64,000 nt of DNA from contig JBBTCT010000006.1 of the NCBI GenBank assembly GCA_038060895.1, forward strand, positions 39,403 to 103,402, given 5' to 3'. The position numbers were made by a program, and so were the translations under genes. Of the stretch, positions 1 to 8,811 are shown piece by piece. Below the pieces are notes generated by a model, which did not search any database, was not told the origin of the DNA, and worked only from the letters and a program-made list of their open reading frames with translations. Every line of letters starts with the position of its first letter. Within the stretch, counting starts at the first letter, position 1. This DNA comes from Planctomycetota bacterium (GTDB taxonomy: Bacteria; Planctomycetota; MHYJ01; WSZJ01).

Positions 1-1
1 G

Positions 2-1315
2 GAGGAGCTCGCCGGGCACGCTCGGCAGGCCGGCGAAACCGCGCGCTCCGGAGCGCTGAAGACTTATGCGCGCCGGGCCGCGGAGTTCGCGGATAAGTCT
101 TTCCAGGTCGGGAAGATGCAGAGCCTCTGGCTGGATCTCGCGGAACTTCTCGAAGGCTCCGAAAAGGCGGAAGCCCTGCGCCAGAGTTCCCTCGCCGCCC
201 AGACCGCGGGAAACGAGCCGCTCGCGCTGTCGCTCTGCGAGCAGGCGCTGGCCCTGCATCGCGAAGCGGGCAACCGTCGATTCGAAGGGGTCACGCTTCT
301 CGGACTGGCGCACATCGGCCGCGATGGCGACAGGGGCGACCAGTTCGGAGATTCGTGCGAACGGGCGCTGGCGCTGCTTCGCGACTCCGGCGACCGGCGA
401 TTCGAAGCGATCGCGCTCGGTCAGCTGGCGGCCTGGCACGGGGCCAAGGGACGAATCGGCGAATCCGAAAGCCTGCTGGAGAGATCCCTCGCGATTCACC
501 GGGAACTGGGCAACCACTTCAACGAGGGGGTCATGCTGGGCACCCTGGGAAGCCTTCTCTTTTCCACCGGGCGCTTCGGGGAAGCCGAGCGCGCCTTTGA
601 ATCGGCCCTGGTTCGTTGCAGGGAGGCGGGCGACGTGAGGGCCGAGAGCGTCGTGCTGGGCAACTTCGCCGGCGTCTTCCTCCAGACCGGGCGGGAAAAA
701 CAGGCGGAGCTCACGATGGAGCGCGCGCTCGCGATTCACCGCTCCTGCGGAAACCTCCGTTCGGAAGGAATCGTGCTGGGAAACCGGTCGCGAGTCCACC
801 GGCTGGCAGGCCGCTGGGACCAGGCCGAGTCCGATCTCGAGCAGGCGCTTCGGCTCCACCGCGAAGTCGGCAACAGGCGCTCCGAGGCCTACGCGCTCCT
901 GAACCTGGCAAGCCTGTGCGGGGAACGGGACCAGCTGGAACGCGCCCTCCAGCTCTGCGCGGAAGCGCTCTCAATATTCCGCGAACGCGGCGAGCTGCCG
1001 ATGGTGGGCGGAGCCGTGGGAGTCCAGGCCGTTCTATGCCACCAGCGCGGCGACCTCGAAGAAGCCGGACGGCTCTTCCTGCAGGCCCTCGGCATCCTCA
1101 AGCAGGTCCGGGACGCCCACTCAGAAGCGGCGCTTCAGTGCGACTACGCCGTCTATCTCCTGGACTGCGGACGGGTGGAGGAAGCACGAAAGGCGTGGGC
1201 GGAAGGAAGTTCGCTGTTTCGGAAACTCGGCGACATGCGCGAACTCGAGCGGAAGACCCTCTGCGTTCGCGAAGCCTGCGGGAAGAACGGTATCCCGTCA
1301 ATCGAGTCAGTTTGA
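2..1315 (+). CDS. Tetratricopeptide repeat protein (MalT/STAND-type TPR array), 5'-truncated by the window edge
   Basis: The frame of ORF 116..1315 is open back to position 2 (EELAGHARQAG...KTYARRAAEFA). It has repeated ~40-aa units 'ALAIHRELGNxxxEGxxLGNL' and is a paralog of 1676..3220. Confidence 0.85.
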   Translation, partial: EELAGHARQAGETARSGALKTYARRAAEFADKSFQVGKMQSLWLDLAELLEGSEKAEALRQSSLAAQTAGNEPLALSLCEQALALHREAGNRRFEGVTLLGLAHIGRDGDRGDQFGDSCERALALLRDSGDRRFEAIALGQLAAWHGAKGRIGESESLLERSLAIHRELGNHFNEGVMLGTLGSLLFSTGRFGEAERAFESALVRCREAGDVRAESVVLGNFAGVFLQTGREKQAELTMERALAIHRSCGNLRSEGIVLGNRSRVHRLAGRWDQAESDLEQALRLHREVGNRRSEAYALLNLASLCGERDQLERALQLCAEALSIFRERGELPMVGGAVGVQAVLCHQRGDLEEAGRLFLQALGILKQVRDAHSEAALQCDYAVYLLDCGRVEEARKAWAEGSSLFRKLGDMRELERKTLCVREACGKNGIPSIESV

Positions 1316-1336
1316 ATCAGCAGGCCGTGTCAGGAT

Positions 1337-1579
1337 TCACTTCTTCGCCTTCAAAAACCACCCCTTCGCCCCCTCGTCCGTCGTGAAGAACTTCAGCAGC
1401 ATGTCGGCGACTTTCTTGCGGCCGGAGTCGGACGGGTGCGTGCCGTCCTCGCCCTTGTACTTGTCTTCCGCCGTCATCTCGGTCAGCGGCTTGAGCCCGA
1501 GGTGGTCCTTCGGCGTCTGCTGGGCGAAAACCGACGAAGAGAGCAGGAGGGCGTAAACGGGGAACAAGGCGCGGCGCAT
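1337..1579 (-). pseudogene. Short secreted ORF (80 aa), probably an internally deleted SGNH-hydrolase-like gene
   Basis: A signal peptide MRRALFPVYALLLSSSVFAQ is followed by LKPLTEMTAEDKYKGE fused directly to DGTHPSDSGRKKVADMLLKFF, which resembles SGNH block V (DxxH) plus the C-terminal helix. The catalytic core is absent. Confidence 0.55.
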
Positions 1580-1636
1580 CGCTGAACTCTCCTTGAGGGG
1601 CCGCCGCGAGTCTACGATAGCGGCCTCGTGACTGCT

Positions 1637-1671
1637 CCCTTCGACTCGCTTCGCTCGCTCAGGGCAGAGCC
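1637..1671. repeat. REP-like hairpin element family 1, copy 1 (CCCTTCGACTC-[hairpin]-TCGCTCAGGGCAGAGCC)
   Basis: Near-identical flanks occur at 9438..9489 and 60848..60886. The internal hairpin here is GC-TTC-GC. Confidence 0.7.
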
Positions 1672-1675
1672 CCGT

Positions 1676-3220
1676 ATGACATCCGCTGAAACGGTTTACC
1701 TTTTTCGGCACGCGCTTCTGCGCGACGCCGCCTATCAGCTGCAGCTCCCGCGCGATCGCGCGCGGCTGCACGGGCTGGCGCTGGAGGTGATGGAACAGAT
1801 CTGCGGTGGCCGGCCACCGGTTCCGCCGCCACTTGAAGACGCCGGTCGCGAACGTTTCGCGCCGCACCCGTCGGACGCGTTCGCGGAAGCGCTCGCCGAG
1901 CATGCCCAAAGGGCGCCGGAGGAAATGGATTTCCGCGGCGTTTCCGCGGCGTCTCTCCGGAAGCTCTACCTGCGCCGCGCCGCGGAGCACGCCGCGAAGT
2001 TCTTCCAGGGCGAAGCGTCCGAGCGCCTGTGGCGGCAGCACGCGGCGCTGGCGTCCGGCGTCGAGAAAGGTGAGTCGTTTCTCCGCGCCGCCGATGTGGC
2101 GCGCGAGCGCGGGGACCGGAAGCGAGCCCAGGCCGACATCCAGGAGGCGATGACCCTCGCTCCGGGGGCCAGCCAGAGGTTCGTGGCGCACATGCTCGGC
2201 GCGCAGGCCGCCCTCTACCTCGAAGTCGGCTGGTTTACGAAAGCGGAGTCGTTCTACACGCGCTCTTTGAAGATCCAGCGCGCGGCCGGCGATCGCAGGG
2301 AGGAAGGCGCCACTCTCGCGAATCTCGGCGTGGTCGCGCGCCAGCAGGGGCGGGCGCAGGAGGCGGAGCGCCTTCTGGGGGAGGCTCTTTCCATCCAGCG
2401 CGAAATCGGAAACCGGGAGGCAGAGTGCACCCTGCTGGGAAACCTCGGGGCGTACTACGCGCAGATGGGCCGCACCGAAGAGGCCGCGCAGGCGATCGAT
2501 TCGGCCCTGGCAAGCGCCCGAAGCCGCGGCGACCGCCGCGCCGAGGGAGTCTCGCTCGGCCTCCTGGCGGCGCTTCACGGCCAGCGCGGCAACCTCAAGG
2601 AAGCCGCATCCGCCTGCCGGCAGGCCATCGCGTTTGACATCGAAGTCGGCTCCCGGCCCGGCCAGGGGATCGCGCTTCAGAACCTCGCCACGGTCGAATA
2701 CCTCGAAGGAAATCTCGAGCGCGCGAAGGCCACCTACCTGCAGGCCCTGGAAATCCACCGCGAAGTCGGCAATCGCGCAAGCGAGGGAACGACGCTGGGC
2801 AATCTCTCCCAGCTCCTGAAATCCCTGGGGCTGCTGGACGACGCGGTCCGATGCTGCGAAGAAGCGCTCGCCATTTCCCGTCAGGTCGGGGACCGGCGTC
2901 ATGAGGGAATCTCCCTCGGAAACCTGGCGGGCCTCCACCAGAAGTCCGGGAAACTCGACGACGCCGAGCGGCTCTTCCGGATGGCCATCGAACTGCATCG
3001 CAAGAACAGCAATCGCGGCTTCGAGGGCAGCCACCTCTGCGACCTCGCGTGCCTCTTCGTCGCCCGGGGACGTGAGGCGGAAGCGCGGGAGGCGTGGATC
3101 CAGGGCCGGCTACTTCTGCGCCAGGCGGGAACCCCGGTGGAAAGGGAGCGCACCCAGGCCGCCATGCGCGCCGGGTGCGGCGAAGCCGGCGTTTCGCCGC
3201 TCGAGGAGCCCCCGGAGTGA
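1676..3220 (+). CDS. Tetratricopeptide repeat protein with an N-terminal 'YLFRHALLRDAAY' STAND winged-helix remnant
   Basis: ORF 1628..3220. ATG 1676 is preferred because the upstream extension reads through a repeat element. There are multiple TPR units (GNRxxEGxxLGNL). Confidence 0.85.
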   Translation: MTSAETVYLFRHALLRDAAYQLQLPRDRARLHGLALEVMEQICGGRPPVPPPLEDAGRERFAPHPSDAFAEALAEHAQRAPEEMDFRGVSAASLRKLYLRRAAEHAAKFFQGEASERLWRQHAALASGVEKGESFLRAADVARERGDRKRAQADIQEAMTLAPGASQRFVAHMLGAQAALYLEVGWFTKAESFYTRSLKIQRAAGDRREEGATLANLGVVARQQGRAQEAERLLGEALSIQREIGNREAECTLLGNLGAYYAQMGRTEEAAQAIDSALASARSRGDRRAEGVSLGLLAALHGQRGNLKEAASACRQAIAFDIEVGSRPGQGIALQNLATVEYLEGNLERAKATYLQALEIHREVGNRASEGTTLGNLSQLLKSLGLLDDAVRCCEEALAISRQVGDRRHEGISLGNLAGLHQKSGKLDDAERLFRMAIELHRKNSNRGFEGSHLCDLACLFVARGREAEAREAWIQGRLLLRQAGTPVERERTQAAMRAGCGEAGVSPLEEPPE

Positions 3221-3278
3221 ACGCGAAAGCCGCCTACCGTGGCGGGCCCCGGACCCGCCCGGAGTATGATTCGGCCCG

Positions 3279-6077
3279 ATGGCCAAGCGCTCTTCGAAGA
3301 AAACGCGGCGGGCGACGACGAAGCGACCCTCGACGAAGCGGTCCTCGCCGGCGCGCGCGGTTAAGCCTCCCGCGAAGTACGCGCTCGGCCGCGAGATCGG
3401 GAGAGGCGGGCTGGGGCGCGTGGTCGAGGCGGTGGACGCGGAGATCGGGCGCACGGTCGCGCTGAAGCTGCTGCTTGACGGCGCGCCGCTCGACCTTGTC
3501 GAACGCTTCAAGCGCGAAGGCCGCATCACCGGCCGCCTGGAGCACCCCAACATCGTGCCGGTGCACGAGGTCGGGCATCTGCCGGGGGAAAAGGGCAGCC
3601 GCGGAGAAATCTTCTTCGCGATGAAGAAGATCGCGGGGAGGGATCTCGCGGACGTGCTGAAGGAATTCCGGGCGGGGAAGGGGGGGTGGACGCTGCGGAG
3701 GCTGGAGGAGATCTTCCGCGACGTCTGCCGGGCGATGGCGTTCGCTCATTCCAAGGGCGTGATTCACCGGGATCTGAAGCCGTCGAACGTCATGGTGGGA
3801 GAGTTCGGGGAAGTGTTGGTTGTCGATTGGGGGTTGGCCCGGGAAGGTCGAGAGTCGAAGGTCGAAGGTCGAAGGTCCGCTCGGCCTGATTCGGCGGAAC
3901 GCCCGCTCCTTACACTGGACGGCGATATTTTCGGGACGCCCGACTACATGTCGCCGGAACAGGCGGACGGGCGCACAGAGCTGGTTGACGAGCGGAGCGA
4001 CGTGTTTTCGCTCGGCGCGGTGCTTTATGAAATCCTCGCGGGGCGGCCGCCCTTCGCGGGAGGATCGACGACCGAGATCCTCAAGCGCGTGATCGAGGGA
4101 AACCCGACGCGGCCGACCGATTTGCTCAAGACGTTCGACCCCGCCGGGCGCAGCGCGTCCTCCTCGACCGTTCAGCCGCTTCCGGTTTCCCTCACGATTC
4201 CGCCGGAACTCGAAGAGATCTGCCTGAAGGCGTTGGCGAAGGAACGCAAGGACCGCTACCCGAACGCCGAGGCGCTTGCCGGCGAGATGCAGCGCTTCCT
4301 CGACGGCGCCCTCGAGCGCGAGCGGCGCGAGCGGTTCGCGGAGGAGGAGGTCGCGCGGGCGCGGGCGGCGATCGCGCGGTGGCGCGGGCTTGAAGCGAAT
4401 GCACGGGAGGCCGCGGAGCGGGCGTCGGCGCTCAGCCGGGAAGTGCGCCAGTGGCAGCCGCAGGAGAAGAAGATTCCGCTGTGGGACGCGGAGGACGCGG
4501 AAGAACGGCTGGCCGCCGAGAGCATCGGGGCGTTTTCGGAGGCGGACTCGGCGCTGGCGTCGGCGATGTCGAACGTCCCCCACCACAAGGAGGCGCGGCG
4601 GCTGAAGGCGGGGCTGTACTGGGAGCGGTTCCTGGAGGCCGAGCGGGCCGGGCGCGCGCGGGATGCGATGTACTTCCGGCCGCTGGTGGAGCACTACAAC
4701 GACGGCGACCTCGATGCGGCGCTTCGCGGCGACGGCACCCTCGAGGTCCGGACGGCTGCATGGCCCTGCGCGTGCCTGAGTGAAGGCCGGTCGGTCGCCG
4801 CTTCGGACATGAACGTCCTCGGCTACCACCCGTGGTCCGGCCGCCGGCTGGACGGAGCGGAGCCGGAGTTCCTGAAAGGGGCGGAGGACGACTGCGAATC
4901 GAGGCTGCGGGTCCACGCAGCGTCGTGCGCGACGACGGCGCTCGCGGGCGCGCGCGCGTGGGCCTACCTTTTCAAGGAAGAACGCCGGCTTCTCGTGCCG
5001 ACGACGCCCGCGGGAGCGACCGGACCCGCCCCGCCGGCAGAGTTGCTCGACGCGCTCTTCGCCGGCTCGCCGTTCCGTCCCCGCGGCCCGGGTTTGTTCC
5101 TCGGCGAGACGCCGGTCGCGCCGCGGTCCTGGCCGATGGGCTCGTGGCTGCTCTTGCTCGAAGCGCCCGGCCGGAGCCCCGCGCGCGTGCCGTTCGTAGT
5201 CCGGCGCCAGGAACAGGTCTCGCTGGACGTCGTCCTCTACCGGCCGGAGGAAACGCCCGACGATTTCCGCGCCGTCGCCGCGGGCGCGTTCACGTACCAG
5301 GGCGACGCGAGCGCGGTCGGCGCCCGCCCCGGCGAAAGGCGCGACCTGGGCGACGTCTTCATCGCCCGCGACCCCGTGACCTGCGCGCAGTACGCCGAGT
5401 TCGTGACCGACCTGTTCGCGCGCGACCCGGCCCAGGCCACGGCGCGCACGCCGCGCGCTTCCGACAAGTCCGGCTTCTACTGGCCCATCGTCCACGGGCG
5501 CTGCGTCGTCCCCACCACCGCCTGGCTCGCCGCCGCTTCCCCCGCCGATCGCGCCCGCGCCGCGCGGCTCGAAAGCGCGCCCGGCGACTGGGAAGAGCGC
5601 TGGCCGGTTTTCGGCGTGTCCTGGGAGGACGCGATGGCGTTTGCCCGGTGGCGCTCGCTCCGCGACGGGCGGCTCTACACGATTCCGCACGAGGTCCAGT
5701 GGGAGAAGTCCGGCCGCGGCCCGGACGCGCGCCCGTACCCTTGGGGCCGGCGCTTCGACGGCCTCCTCTGCAACGTGCAGGAATCGCACGAGGGCACGGC
5801 CCGGCCTTCGACGGTCGAGGTGTTTGCCACGGACGAGTCGCCGTATGGCGTGCGCGGCCTGGCCGGCAACCAGCAGGAATGGTGCCTCAACGAGCCCGGG
5901 CCTTCGTATCGCGGATGGCGCAGTACACGCGGAAGCACCTGGGCGGGGTCGGCGGCGCGCACGCGACTGGCGTACCGGGCGGGGAACATCGTGAGGACGC
6001 TGTCGTACTCGAGCGGGTTCCGGCTGGCGGCGGTGGTGAAGCTGACGGCGGCGGGGGAAGGGGTATGTGCGTCGTAG
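3279..6077 (+). CDS. Hanks-type Ser/Thr protein kinase with C-terminal FGE-sulfatase (SUMF1) domain
   Basis: Kinase motifs GRGGLG, VALK, HRDLKPSN, DWG and GTPDYMSPEQ. C-terminal FGE motifs PVFGVSWEDAMAFARW, QWEKSGRG, YPWG, SPYGVRGLAGN and GFRLA. Confidence 0.92.
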   Translation: MAKRSSKKTRRATTKRPSTKRSSPARAVKPPAKYALGREIGRGGLGRVVEAVDAEIGRTVALKLLLDGAPLDLVERFKREGRITGRLEHPNIVPVHEVGHLPGEKGSRGEIFFAMKKIAGRDLADVLKEFRAGKGGWTLRRLEEIFRDVCRAMAFAHSKGVIHRDLKPSNVMVGEFGEVLVVDWGLAREGRESKVEGRRSARPDSAERPLLTLDGDIFGTPDYMSPEQADGRTELVDERSDVFSLGAVLYEILAGRPPFAGGSTTEILKRVIEGNPTRPTDLLKTFDPAGRSASSSTVQPLPVSLTIPPELEEICLKALAKERKDRYPNAEALAGEMQRFLDGALERERRERFAEEEVARARAAIARWRGLEANAREAAERASALSREVRQWQPQEKKIPLWDAEDAEERLAAESIGAFSEADSALASAMSNVPHHKEARRLKAGLYWERFLEAERAGRARDAMYFRPLVEHYNDGDLDAALRGDGTLEVRTAAWPCACLSEGRSVAASDMNVLGYHPWSGRRLDGAEPEFLKGAEDDCESRLRVHAASCATTALAGARAWAYLFKEERRLLVPTTPAGATGPAPPAELLDALFAGSPFRPRGPGLFLGETPVAPRSWPMGSWLLLLEAPGRSPARVPFVVRRQEQVSLDVVLYRPEETPDDFRAVAAGAFTYQGDASAVGARPGERRDLGDVFIARDPVTCAQYAEFVTDLFARDPAQATARTPRASDKSGFYWPIVHGRCVVPTTAWLAAASPADRARAARLESAPGDWEERWPVFGVSWEDAMAFARWRSLRDGRLYTIPHEVQWEKSGRGPDARPYPWGRRFDGLLCNVQESHEGTARPSTVEVFATDESPYGVRGLAGNQQEWCLNEPGPSYRGWRSTRGSTWAGSAARTRLAYRAGNIVRTLSYSSGFRLAAVVKLTAAGEGVCAS
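3843..3877 (+). repeat. Heptamer tandem repeat (GAAGGTC)x5 inside the kinase activation segment
   Basis: gaaggtc gagagtc gaaggtc gaaggtc gaaggtc lies immediately after the DWGLAR codons. Confidence 0.85.
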
Positions 6078-6134
6078 CTGAGCGGGCAGAGGCGGTCGCA
6101 GTTTGAACCCCTGCCGATGAGATCGAACCGCCGT

Positions 6135-7091
6135 CTATTCCGCAAATTTGAACGACTTCTCGTTCCCTTTCCACCACGCCTTCCAGGCGGCAGCGCCTTC
6201 GTTCGCCTGCCCCGTGAGCGCCTTCAGCGCGAAGTTGCATTCGTCGCGGATCTTCTCTTTCTCCTTCGAGTCGGCGCCGGAGCTCGCTGAATTCCTGCCC
6301 AGGAGCTCGATCAGGTACGGGATGTTCGAGCGCTCCCGGATGCGCCCCAGCGCGGGAATGCGGTACTCGGGGGCGCAGGTTTCGATTCCGTCCTTCAGCA
6401 ACGGGATCAGCGACGCATCCGCCTTGGCCGCGACGAATTTCCACGCATAGGGCGCCAGCGGCGCCTGCGGGTTGCGCTTCAGCCATCCGGCAAGCATCTC
6501 CTGTCCGAGTTTCTCATCGATTCCATGGGCTTCCTGGATGATGTGCTCGCGCACCTTGAGGCTTTTCCCGTCCATTCCGCGTGCCAGCGCCTGGAGTGCC
6601 CTCGGGTCCTTCAGGGCTGTGACCTTCTTCGCCAGGTCAAGCATCGCTTCCTTGTCCTGGCCGCCCAGCGAGGCCTCGAACCCGGCGCAGGCCACGGCGA
6701 CTTCCTTCCGGGCCTTGTCGTAGCGCCCCCGCGCCATGGCCAGCAACTCGGCCACTCTCGCGGCGTTTCCATCTCCCATGTCCGAAGCGGCCCAGCGCAG
6801 GAACTCCCTACCGAAGCTCGAGAGCACGACGATCCCGGTGCCTCCGCCGGCCCAGGCCGCGACGGAAGCGTCGCTCTCGGCCGCCTTCACGACGAGAAAC
6901 GAACCCAGCTCTTTCTTTACGGCGTCGTCGCCCAGGGACTTCTCGAGCGCGGCCGCGAGCGCGTCGGAACCGATGACGAGGATCGCAACCGGCTTGTCGG
7001 GGACCCTCGCTTTTTTGAGCGCTTCCTCGATCGCGGTCGGTTCACAGAATGCCGGCAGCGCCAGCAGCAGGAAACCGGTCCAACGCGCCAT
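6135..7091 (-). CDS. Secreted protein with a degenerate thioredoxin-like N-domain and HEAT repeats
   Basis: ATG 7091 starts a signal peptide (MARWTGFLLLALPAFC). 'IEEALKKARVPDKPVAILVI' is a Trx-like start. HEAT-like IPALGRI..IPYLIELL, and C-terminal ALKALTGQ...WKAWW. Confidence 0.75.
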   Translation of the reverse strand: MARWTGFLLLALPAFCEPTAIEEALKKARVPDKPVAILVIGSDALAAALEKSLGDDAVKKELGSFLVVKAAESDASVAAWAGGGTGIVVLSSFGREFLRWAASDMGDGNAARVAELLAMARGRYDKARKEVAVACAGFEASLGGQDKEAMLDLAKKVTALKDPRALQALARGMDGKSLKVREHIIQEAHGIDEKLGQEMLAGWLKRNPQAPLAPYAWKFVAAKADASLIPLLKDGIETCAPEYRIPALGRIRERSNIPYLIELLGRNSASSGADSKEKEKIRDECNFALKALTGQANEGAAAWKAWWKGNEKSFKFAE

Positions 7092-7158
7092 GGGCCCCCC
7101 GGAATTCGAATCGGCAGGGAGTATACTTCCGCGACGGCGACTCATTGAGGGAGACGCG

Positions 7159-8499
7159 ATGAAGCGCATTCTGGCCCTGACGCTGGCCCTGTCCTCGCCT
7201 GCGTTCGCCGAGTGGTTCAAGACGATCGACGAAGCCGAAAAGGCCGCCGCGGAACGCAGAATTCCGCTCCTCGTCTACGTCTGGCGGACGGGCTGACCGG
7301 GCTCCACAGCCTGCGGCCCCGGGTACTGGGACGCCCCTGCGATGAAATCGGACACGACGCTGTTCGCGTGCGTGAAGATGGAGCTTGGGGAAGCGTTCGC
7401 GAAGAGGGCGCGATGGGTGTACAAGCCGACGCCCGACCTGAGGATCATCCATCCGTCCGGCGAGGTCCTGACGCACGTCGGCGCGGAACCCGCGAAGTTG
7501 ACCGCGGCCATCAAGGACGCCGCCGCCGGATGGAGGATGGACGTCCGCAATTCGACGGTGACTTTCGAGACCGACGCCTCGGCGCTGGGTTTTGCCCGCG
7601 CGCGCCAGCGCCCCGCCCTGTTTTTCTTCTACGACGAACAGGTCCTCCCCGCCGACCTCGCCTCGAAATTCCCGCTCCTCAAGGACCCCGCAGTAGGCGC
7701 TGCCGCCTCCCGATTCACGGCCATCGCCGTCCACAGGTCCGGCAAGGCGATGGTCGAAAAACTCGGCCCCGAGGGATACCCCTTCATCGTCGCGACCGAC
7801 GCCGACATGAAGCCGCTCCTGCGCTTCCCGGCCGCCGACGCCGACCCCGCGGCGCTGGCGAAGGAGCTCGATGAAGTCGCGGCAAACTTTGAGAAGACCG
7901 TCGCGGGCGAAGCGAAGAACGCGACCGCCAGAGATGCGGCCCTGTTCGGCGCTTCCCTGAAAGGAGATATCGAAGCCGACCGGCTCGATCCGCTCGAACG
8001 CCTGGTGGCCCGAAAGGCCGTCGAAGCGCTTCCCGGCCTCGCAAAAGGACTCACCGACAAGTCGAGGAAGCTGCGGGAACGGCTGATCGCCGTTCTGGAG
8101 GAACTTGACCCGAGAGCCGCCCTTCCCTATCTCCTCGCCTGGGTCGACAAGGAGCCGAACCCGCGCCTCCGCGACCTGGGCTGGGGGGCCATCGGCCGCG
8201 CGGTCAACGTCACGGGCGACGCCGCCGGCTACAAGGCGCTCACCCGCGGCATCCTCTCCGACCCCTACGATGTCGTGGTGGCCCGCATCGCCGGCCTGGG
8301 TTTCGTCAAGAAGGTGGAGGCCGTCGACGGCCTGCTCGCGATCGCCCCGAAGTTCCGGGCGGACGGGGCCGGCAAGGACCCGGCGGGCGATGCCGTGCGC
8401 GACTCGCTGGCGAAACTCACGGGCCAGTCGTTCGGAAAGGATTGGGCAAAGTGGAGCGACTGGTGGCGCGGCGCGCGCGAGGGATTCAGGTTTCCGTAG
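7159..8499 (+). CDS. Probable selenoprotein: secreted thioredoxin-like (UxxS) + second Trx-like domain + HEAT repeats; in-frame UGA at 7294..7296
   Basis: SD (gaggga) + ATG 7159, signal peptide, then WFKTIDEAEKAAAERRIPLLVYVWRTG-TGA-PGS. The frame stays open for 15 codons into ORF 7342..8499, which lacks its own signal peptide. Confidence 0.75.
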
Positions 8500-8550
8500 T
8501 CGGCGGGAACGCGGCCAGATCGTCCCCGCGTCGTCCTCCGCAACTCCGGG

Positions 8551-8593
8551 CAAAATGACAAAGGGCCCGGAAGCTCGCCGCTCCCGGGCCCTT
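8551..8593 (-). terminator. Intrinsic terminator (minus strand)
   Basis: Stem aagggcccgg(a)agc / gct(c)ccgggccctt, followed on the minus strand by tttgtcatttt. Confidence 0.6.
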
Positions 8594-8811
8594 CGCGAAG
8601 GCAGGTTCTGACGGTCAGGCTTTCAAGGGCCTGCCCCGACCACTGAGGGCGTTTCGGCGGCGGCACCTGTCGCTCCCGCTTCATGAAACGGAACCGGTGT
8701 AGGCCGCCAACATGCCCCGCAAGGGAATCCAGCGCCGGTATCCCCTCGCTTCCCTCTGGTCTGGATCACCTCCCATCTGAAACGAGTTCCGGCCATCTCT
8801 CGCTCAGCGCG

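Noticed and set aside
3234-5789. Long antisense/shadow ORFs (e.g. 3234..5789 -, 15995..17935 -, 36418..38682 -, 49394..51088 -, the 5' part of 45741..47852 +)
   Set aside because: They overlap well-supported genes on the other strand or frame, give Arg/Pro/Ala-rich translations without motifs, and are expected in high-GC DNA.
8761-8773. 16S rRNA 3'-end sequence CTGGATCACCTCC as an rRNA gene fragment
   Set aside because: Only 13 nt match and the flanks show no rRNA similarity. It is kept only as a possible SD-like element.
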